DNA of 64,000 bases from Chrysomallon squamiferum. Its lineage: Eukaryota > Animalia > Mollusca. The notes under the pieces are model-generated. The model had not been told where the DNA came from and did no database searches. It was given only the letters and a program-made list of their open reading frames with translations. The translations under genes and the position numbers were made by a program. Numbering within the stretch: position 1 is the first letter of the stretch; each line of letters begins with the position of its first letter. This document shows positions 54,773 through 64,000 of this stretch, piece after piece. The stretch spans positions 13,578,001 to 13,642,000 of the forward strand of contig CM022666.1 in NCBI GenBank assembly GCA_012295275.1, in the 5' to 3' direction.

Positions 54773-57000
54773 CTCTCCCCCGATATGTACATGTACTTTC
54801 GTGTGCGTGTATGCCTGCATGTTTTTAAGTTTATGTCTACGTCTAAGAATTATTCAGTTTGAGCGAATGTTTATATTTAAAGTCCATACATTTATTAAAA
54901 CACAGGAATATAAACAAACAAATTAAGGTCCATTAAATTTGTAAATTTGTAATCGTTGATTTTATGGATCCGGAATTTTATCTTAGGCGCCGGCAAGTCA
55001 GTAAAAAGTCAGTTGGAATGTAATAATTGTTTATCAAAACGTAAATGCAGACAAAACGTCTTGTATATGTATTGTAAAATTATAACATGCTTTCAGGAAG
55101 TTCTGTTAAACGTAAACTGACATAAGTTTGGTGCAAACAGTGCAAAAACACTGACCTAAATAAAGTACGTGATATACACAATAAACGGGAATAACGATTC
55201 GTTCGATATATATATATATATGGGTGCTGAGCAAAAAAAACAAAAACAAAGCAACAAATGAGCACAAATCAGTTTGTTAAAATGTTACGAATAAATATTA
55301 AATAGATAAAATAAGGAGCAAGATCTTTTGGAAAATATTTCAGAAAATATGAATATTCGTCATGTTGTATAATTATGATGAATATTGTGTGCATGTGAGT
55401 TCACGCGCTTTTAACAAGTAAAATAATAGTAATAATAATAATAATAAAACAAAGTATTCTGAACAACTGCATTTGTTGTTTTTTATATTTTTTTTTTTTT
55501 TATGTGAATATAACAAGCGATTTAACTTTCTACATCATTTATTTATAATTATAGTTATTTCGTTATCTTTATCGAGGAAAATATTGGAACTTCATTCATT
55601 GGTTTTTAAATACGTGTACATTTCCATTATATTAACCTTTTGACAAATGGCGTAATATTGTGTCACCTTTATCTAGTAACCTGTGAAAATAGTTCCGTCG
55701 CCAAGCTACGAATACGTTCGTTAGATAAACTCGCAAACAGAAAATGAACATCAGCAACATTTTAGAATTAAGTAACGAGACTTGAATAGCTATCAAATAA
55801 CAAGTCTGTTCCGCCCACATAATCACAAGACGAAAGAATTTAATTATGTGAATGTGTATGAATACGAAACTTTAAAAATGAATTTTTGAAAGTACCACAT
55901 GACAGACGAAATTAAATAAATTAACAAATTACTGTAATACGAAAACATAAGCCAGAACATTATAACTGTATTACTTACGACTGATGAGTCGCTGTATTTC
56001 TCAAGCATACTGTCACGTTGTCTGTCGTAGAGGGATATCGGTTCGAATCCTGGAGCAGCCACATGTTCTAACGTGTTGATGGACCATCTCTTTCTCTGAA
56101 ATGTAAAATCATTTATGAGACAAACATTGCTGATTAAAACTGCTACTTTTTTACAGTGCGTTGACAGTCAATCCCTTTTTCTAAAATATGTGACAAACGT
56201 TACTTTTTATTTGCACTGTATTTGAATTTATGTGCTAGATTTTGCGTCTCTGTACGTCTGTCTGTATAAAGTTATTTTTTCGAGTGTGTATATGTTTAGC
56301 TATTATTATACTCGTTTGTATGATAAAAAGAATTACCTTAACTGTTCAAGTATTAATAATCGTAAGGTTTTGCATTTTAAAGTTGATAAATGAAAGAAGT
56401 AATTTTCTGTTTTGATATACATAATTCAGTAAAATACTGGAATCCTTAAAAAAACCTAAAACAAAAACATGATTCAGTACTTTTTTTATGTTGTAAATCC
56501 TTAATTATCGGAATTGGGAAATATATATGTATAAAAAAAATAAATAAAAAAAAACACATTTTAAAATGGATTAAAAGTACAAAAACGAAGTCAGCATATC
56601 AAAAATATAATATATAAAATATTATACATATGTTTAAAGGCTTTAAAAAAATAGTAATAATAATAATAATTATAAGATTAATAACATTTAATGGCGAAAT
56701 GGAAAGAAAACAAGAATAAGAAAAAGATCAAAGAAATAAATTTTAAACAAATACAAAAGTGTATGGTATATTTAGTTAGCCTAACTAAAAATGCGAATTT
56801 TAAAATGACATAAAATTAAAAAGGTACATAATAATAACAATACTACTACTACTACTTCTAATAATAATAATAATAATAATAAGCAAAAAGTAAATTCAGA
56901 AAACTCAAATAATTATTTAAAAACTTACCCTACGATTCGGGAAGCTCGTGATGCCGCTAATTAAAACGGCTACCACGACGGCACTGTAGACAATCTTCAT
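51310..57000 (-). CDS. Secreted BRICHOS-domain precursor with Pro/Lys-rich C-terminal repeats (4 coding exons; apparent -1 frameshift near 51414)
   Basis: Exons 57000-56929 (MKIVYSAVVVAVLISGITSFPNRR, signal peptide), 56095-55979 (RKRWSINT...KYSDSSV), 52821-52708 (GLTVIKDPSPQIKACFITDFDPEWF...) and 52049-51381 or 51310 (EPQVIRTLMDLAELIERAGPSVAGLCRKLHIYWL plus repeats). All junctions are phase 0. Spliced DxxxGLTxxKD...ACFI and ...GPSVAGLC...YWL carry the conserved BRICHOS Asp and the two Cys. Confidence 0.8.
52826..53572. repeat. Mosaic of trinucleotide repeats (AAT, GAT, AAC, CTA, GTA, GTG) in the BRICHOS gene intron
   Basis: Directly visible; gives poly-I/L/D/H pseudo-ORFs. Confidence 0.9.
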
Positions 57001-57763
57001 AACGTCGTCTTCTCTCTCTTCCTTCGATTTCTTTTGTCAGGAAAAACTTCTTCTTTTTTTTAAAAAACTTCTTTCCTTAATTTACTCTGTTCTGATCAAA
57101 ATCACTCTAGCTCTGTGTTTTTATACAGTAGCGCAAGAAATGATAAATTGACGTACTCACGGAGTGAGTTATTTTATCAGTGATAAATATCCTATTACAG
57201 ACTGCTCCCTGTCAGACGGATTAAATTCTTAATATAAAGTCAAGTGGTACCAGTTAATTATCTTTGTTAGGAAAACTTTAATACGAAGTATCTATTTTTG
57301 GTTTTTGAGAAGGGTAACAGGTTAAACTCGCCTTTAGGAATCCCCGTTAGGTCGGAAATATTAATAATCTCAACTGTTTGTTTTCGCGTTTTGTCTAGAC
57401 CTTTGTTTTTGCAGTTTAATTTGCCAAAATGCACTCTTTTCCTCCCCAGCTTAAATATGTTCCACTTCGACAAAATGAAAACTGAATTTTGAATTGGTGA
57501 TAATAAACTTTATTACATACATAGCTTTATTATATGGCTTAATATTAAATCTATGGTTGAAAGAATTTGTCGACACTTGATATTTGATCCACTAACGAAC
57601 TAATAAAGCAAAATGGCTGTAACGCATTGCAAACTGGGAAAGCAGAAATTAGGACACTGTTAATGTTAATGCAATAGTGACTGAATGATGTAATTAATTT
57701 TTTGTAGGTATATTTAATTTATTTTTTTTTTTGTATTTAATGAAGTATATATTTTTAAAAGTT

Positions 57764-57822
<59 letters not shown>

Positions 57823-57952
57823 AAAAGAAATGACTGCATGAGAAATTAAACGTTCAAACGTAATACCAACCTCATCATCTACACAAAAGTTTGAATTTGA
57901 TTAATTAAATCAAAATTTAATACTGAAATAGACATAATATTAACAAGAGTTT

Positions 57953-57995
<43 letters not shown>

Positions 57996-58551
57996 ATTAC
58001 AAAATACATATATTAGAGGAAATTAATTACACAATAAAACACTTTTTTTTTTCACAATAACTTTCCATAACTGACATTAGTGCATTATTAATTTTTCTCT
58101 TATCAGTTCGTTCAGGTAATAAAATCATTTAAAACATTTTCCTGCGCGATCAGCACATGTAATAAGAATGTCAAGAATTTTGTGAAGTCATTTGATTATT
58201 TCCGAGTGAAGAGCATTTAAAAATTGATCCGAAATTACGTTGATATTAAATTGTGACTAACAACAACAACAAACCAAAACCCAACCCCCCTCCCCAAAAA
58301 ACGAACAATGGCATTGCTAAACAAATTTATGATTATTATTACGAAATAGTTGCAGTAATCTTCTGAAGTAATAGAAATCCATTTCCGACTTCATTTTTAC
58401 TTTCCACTTTTCATTTTAACAGTAATATTATGCGCCATGTGATAAGCACGTGATGATATTTTCGTAATCTCATGACTTTTAAGTCAGCTCAGGAAGACTT
58501 ATGTTCTTCGATTCATTTATGATTGTCGGTTAGACAAGATCAACTTCTGAA

Positions 58552-59040
58552 ATGAATAGAAACATATCATTAAATATATTGATTTTATGGAGTGCATTTT
58601 CTTTCCAGTTCAGTATTTGTCGCATTCCGCCTTTCTTTAGAGGCAGACCTAAGGGTGGGATGGTAGGTGCACCTCGTATCGCAGAAAATTCCGGGATCGT
58701 TGTTCCACCAGAAAAATGGATGACCCAGACACTAGACCATTTCAACGACGCCGACACACGCACCTGGCAACAGGTATGATCTATTTTAAAGATAAACTGT
58801 TACCACAATCGTAACCAAGGACGCTTTATATTTTGACTCTATCGTACGTGCATCGTTGTCTCATCAAGTAACACACATACGAAATACGAAATTTTGTGAT
58901 GATAAAAATCGCAGATTTATCTTGAATTAAGTTTCACTTTATTAATTAGACTGATGCCAGTGAAGGACAGTGGCTGTAAAATGATGGAATGACGTCACGT
59001 CAGCGTTCAGTCCTTATCTAGAATCTGTGTGTGTGTGTGT

Positions 59041-59111
<71 letters not shown>

Positions 59112-61708
59112 ATGCACATTAACAAAAACAAAAACAAAATATGTAAATTCAGACGTCTGCTATCCTGTCTGTAGAAAGTTAAGTAGATTGCTCCACCTTT
59201 TCTGTACAATTCGTAACTACATCAATACCTGAAACACAACAAAAACCGTAAAAACGCATTTAAAACTTCGTTATTTCTTTCCCTACTTAATTTATAAGAC
59301 TGTGTATTGGTAGCTTATTTTCATATTTTTTAAATTTTTTATCTCTATTATTTTACGACTTATTAATCAAAATCTAAATTTCAGAGATATTTTGTGAACG
59401 ACACATTCTACAAGCCGGGTGGTCCAGTGTTTATCATGATAGGAGGGGAGGGGACAGCCAGCCCTGTTTGGATGGTGGAGGGGATGTGGATTGTCTATGC
59501 TCAGATCTATAATGCAATGTGTTTTCAGCTGGAACACAGATTCTATGGCAAAAGTCACCCCACAAAGTAAGTGCAAGTTTGTATGTAAATAAGAATTCCT
59601 AAAAATATCAGTTAACACATTAGAGATTTCTTAAATAATTTTTCAGTTACTCAACCATTTAATTCATACTTTCATCTAAAAACTAGTTTCAAGATTATAA
59701 GACATATTAATAAATAACTTGTCTTGGAAACCTGGTATCTTTAAAAAATATAAATATTACTTATTTATTATTTATGTTAGTAAAAATTAAAATAATATTC
59801 CTGTAATTGTTTCTGAGAGATTGCATATAAGGCAAATTCTAATATGAAAATAATAAATAAATAAATAAATGTTAATATAAATACAGATAATATTTTTAAC
59901 TCTTAAATAAATGGGTTCTCTCCTTGAAAAAAAAAGTAAAGTTTGTTTTATAATGTTTGTAAGAGGAAATGGAGGTTATAGCTGTTTATGATAACAGAGT
60001 AACAGGTAAGAACATTTTAGTGTCTTATATTCCACATTTAGTTCTGAACAGAAGCTACATACAAGAAGATCCTTGATTCTGAGAGTTAGATAGATAAAAT
60101 TCTGAAGGGTAAAGCATCAAGTCATTTATTATTACAATTTCCATGGTTCAGTGATTTCTTAGATATTAAATTTCAGTCCATTATTCTTGGATGCTTAGAT
60201 TTTACATTGGTTTTTAATAAATTTTTCTCTATAATTTTTAAAACAGATTTTTATACAAATAAAATAAGCATGTATGTTACTTGATATTTGTGGTTTTTAG
60301 GAAATAATTGTTTAAGATAAATACATTTCAGAGACATGAGTGTTGAAAATCTGCATTACCTGAGCAGTGAACAAGCATTAGCTGACCTGGCATCTTTCAT
60401 TGTGTTTGCCAAACAAAAATACAACTTACCACATAACAAGTGGATTTCATTTGGAGGATCTTACCCAGGTACTGGAATGTATTTTTATCTTCATTAATTT
60501 TCAGTTTTTCAAGGGTTTTATCTCAGGAATAGTTGATATGCTGATCAGTCCTACTGTGTCTATTCTGAGGTTTTTTTTCCCATTCATGCAAAAGCTCTAA
60601 TTATTTTGTTAAGATTATAGTAATATGTATTTTAATTGCTGCAAGAATTTGTGTGTTTATGTAAATATATGTATGTATATATGTATTTTTCATATATATA
60701 TATGTATTTATAAGTATACACTGATAAGTATGTGCAAATACATTTATAAAAACACAAACAAAAACATAAACACTTGCACAACACACACAGTCACAAAATA
60801 CATACATTTGATTCTCTAAACTGCAGCTAACAGTAGATGGCCCATTATATTTAGTATCATTAGTCAGATACAGTTATTTACAAAAACAAACTAGCCGTTA
60901 ATAGTAAAATGTATTGAAATAACTATTTATTGAAGATTTAAAGTAGAATTTTCTGTTAACACTTTCAGGTTCTTTGTCTGCCTGGCTAAGAATGAAATAC
61001 CCACATCTCATAGATGGCGCTGTAGCTACAAGTGCACCACTGCTAGCTGTCCTTGACTTCAAAGGTCAGATTCTAAATGTTTACTAATAACGGTTGAATC
61101 CCACTGAAACATGATAATGGAAACTGCATTACAGAATCATAATTAAAATCCTAAATATTTGATAACATATACATTTTGTACAGTCTTATTGTTGTATGGT
61201 AGAAATTTGTGTAGTAATTAAAAAAAAAAAAAAAGGTTTTGTTTAGTATATTGCAGCATCTTTCTACAGTATAGTGGTGGTTATTTTAAGAATTTTATTT
61301 AATATTTTTTTTTATTTATTCTTTTTAAAGATTCATTCTTTTTGAATGTTAAAAAAAAACGGGGAGGAAACTAAATTTAGTATTTATTACATTTATAAAA
61401 TTATGAAAACAAAAATTTAAAACATATGTTTACTTTGAAGGAATACAAATTAACAATATTTTAAAAAACAACAACAATGAAACCAACTGATATGCAAGAA
61501 ATCTCTTCAAAACTTAGAAATATTTTATTTAAATAAAAATGTTTGGGGTTTGAAAATAATTATGTTTTATTAATGTTATTTATAGCTTTTGAAATTCATT
61601 TTTTTTCAACAAGTTTTCTAAAAATAAGTATTAGCCCTTTTATCCTGTTTTCAGAAAATTGTTCTTTATATCTGTTAATTACAATTTCATTCTTTAATAT
61701 TCATACTT

Positions 61709-61739
<31 letters not shown>

Positions 61740-63782
61740 TAATAAGATATGACTAGATGAATTTCTATATGATAACTGTTTTCATTTAAAAAAAAAGAAG
61801 AAATAAATTGTTTTTTAAGAATTATTTTGTTTTGATGTATAGCTGTTGTTATATTTGGAACGGTATTTTTTAAAATATGAAACAGTTGGTAACAGATTAT
61901 TTGGGTGTGGTGTGTTGGTAACAGATTATTTGGGTGTGGTGCGGGATGCACTGGGTACAACAGGGCCAGGCTGTAACAAGGCTGTGTCTGAGGCTACATA
62001 CACCATTGAGAAAAAGATGAAATCTGCAGAAGGTCGACAGTTCTTGAAGAAAATATTCAAGTGAGTTTTCAGGATTATTTATTTCTTTCAAATTTAAATT
62101 TTTGGTACTTGTTATTGAAATATAAATTTTTTTGTTACTTAATATTCAAATTTAAATTTATGTTGTTATTAAAATTTGTTTTATCAGAAATGTATTTAAA
62201 AGGCAGTCTAAATCAAATTATTTCCATAACTTCAATATTCCCAGAAGTATGATAATAGACCAACAATTCAGTAGATCTGTGAATCCAATGAATTGTTTTC
62301 CAGGTCCAACCACTGTGCTCCTAAACTTGATTTTTCAAAGTGTATTATGGTTGTTATTGAACATATGTCTAAAAAAATAACAAATCAGTCTTATATCACT
62401 GTTATTAAGGATTTTTTATTTTATCTCAGTGTTATAATTTGTGTTATATCAAACAGTACAAAACACTTTTGAACAGAAAATGATACACTGACTGAAATAA
62501 ACTAACACTATGTTATATTGATGTGATCATTCATTTGTTCTTTGTTAGATTATAAAGAAATATTAAAATGTCTTGTTGTTAAATTGTTTCATGGTTTCAG
62601 CCTGTGTGACGACATTGATGACCACAACATCAACGATGTCACCAATTTGTACTCATCCCTGGCAGGCAACTTTGAGGGTGTGGTTCAGTATAACAAAGAT
62701 AACAGAGCTTTCGAGGTAAGAGAAATCAAAGCTAGTTTTAAATACAAATTTAATGAGAAATATTTAGATTTTTGACTTTTAGGAATATTTTTAATATTTT
62801 GTTATTTGTACATTTTATAATTAAATAGAAAAAAAAATGTTAAAACAAATTTAAAGAAAAATAAGTCAGAAGTATTGAGTAATATTGTGATAAACTGAAA
62901 TCTAAATATCAACTCTTTTTTTTATATTAAGGATCTATAAGTTGTGAAACATGAGTAAAATAAATTGAAAAACTGCATTCCTCAGATAGTATATGTGGAT
63001 TTTTTGGTGAAACCCTATTTATGTCAAAATATGTTTAAGTCAAAGCTTACAGAATAGAGCAGTTATGTGTCACAACGATATAACAATATTAACTATTAAC
63101 AAAAATAGTATATATCTATCCATGCAAGACAGTGTGTAAATATTTTATATTTGGGGGGTTTTCCCAGGGTGCTGTGGGAACAAACATCACCATTGACATT
63201 CTCTGTGAAATGATGACCAATGAGAAGCTAGGAGACCCAGTGTCTCGCTATGCTGCGGTCAATGCGATGATGTTGTCCACGTACAGTGAAAAGTGTTTGG
63301 ACTTCTCTTACAAAAAGATGATCAAAGATCTACAGAAAGTTGACTGGAACAGTAGTGCTGCTGTAGGTGGTAAGTTTTAAGTGTATGTACAGGCACAGTC
63401 AAATAGCCTGCACATATAGTTTCATGTCGGTCTTATAGGACTTAACCTTTGCTAATAATAAATTGCAGTTCTAAGGATATGCATATAGTTGCCATTTTGT
63501 TTGTTGTTTGAAACATGCATAAAAATGATTTTACAAAAATTGCTGATAGACTTAATAATGTGGCTATATGCACAGTCTTTTATGCTTCTTTTATGCAGTG
63601 ATGTGTTGAAAAAAGAAGTAATTCATGTGTTCACAATTTACTGTTACTATCAAAGGATAACAGCTAATTTCAGCATTTACCTTTGTAGGTCGACAGTGGA
63701 CATATCAAACTTGTACAGAATTTGCATTTTTTCAGTCAACAGATTTGAAAGATCAGCCATTTGGTCAAACCTTCCCAGTGAA
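58552..63782 (+). CDS. PRSS16: Peptidase family S28 serine protease, PRSS16/K12H4.7-like (continues past the window end)
   Basis: Exons 58552-58773 (signal peptide; [14 protein letters not shown]), 59385-59566 ([28 protein letters not shown]), 60332-60468 ([20 protein letters not shown]), 60969-61064 ([24 protein letters not shown]), 61925-62060, 62601-62715 ([15 protein letters not shown]), 63168-63369 and 63689-63782 ([16 protein letters not shown]). The nucleophile motif is GGSYPG. Confidence 0.93.
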
Positions 63783-64000
63783 GTAAGTTTACATGTTTTC
63801 TTTAAATTTAATAACTTTTATATATCAGATTTTAACAATATGCTATTTGTAATTGATGCTTGTAAGAGAAATTAATTTTAAGCTTTTTGAGTTTCCAGCC
63901 ATAGAGTATATCCAGTGAAAATGACCAACTAACAAAGTATACATTGGTGCTTGCAATGGATTTGTGATTTGTTTAACTTGCAAATGAGATTAAAAAATCT

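Noticed and set aside
55637-55705. Candidate additional BRICHOS-gene exon
   Set aside because: It has stops in the required phase 0, and direct splicing 55979->52821 already restores the DxxxGLT motif.
56030-56062. GGTTCGAATCC tRNA T-loop/B-box-like motif
   Set aside because: No cloverleaf or A-box is evident, and it is antisense to the codons GFEP in BRICHOS exon 2.

Overview
AT-rich, microsatellite-dense, intron-rich animal genomic DNA (an invertebrate, probably a lophotrochozoan such as a mollusc; this is inference). It is not prokaryotic, and most ORFs in the supplied track are microsatellite artefacts. By hand-splicing GT-AG exons I find six host genes. (1) A D-cysteine desulfhydrase/ACC-deaminase-family PLP enzyme (minus strand, runs off the left edge). 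(2) A NEK1-like kinase. (3) AGFG1/HRB ArfGAP. (4) PDCD10/CCM3. (5) A secreted BRICHOS-domain precursor with a Pro/Lys-rich (H/R/E)Q(M/I)KTPPP repeat tail, visible only after splicing four exons. (6) A peptidase S28 (PRSS16-like) gene running off the right edge. The most unusual region is intron 4 of the desulfhydrase gene. It holds a ~3.1-kb endogenous viral element: a decayed parvovirus-type NS1 (SF3 helicase) gene converges on an intact, intronless 285-aa ORFan with its own TATA+TCAGT promoter, followed by an ACCTGAAGA repeat array. The element sits at the junction of an exon 4-6 duplication whose two copies appear to have decayed in complementary ways. Also present: a Tc1/mariner deletion derivative, a Dong/R4-like LINE 3' end, a probable MITE, several minisatellites, a probable 1-bp frameshift in the BRICHOS tail and a duplicated splice acceptor in the S28 gene. 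All calls come from reading motifs by eye; no database search was run.
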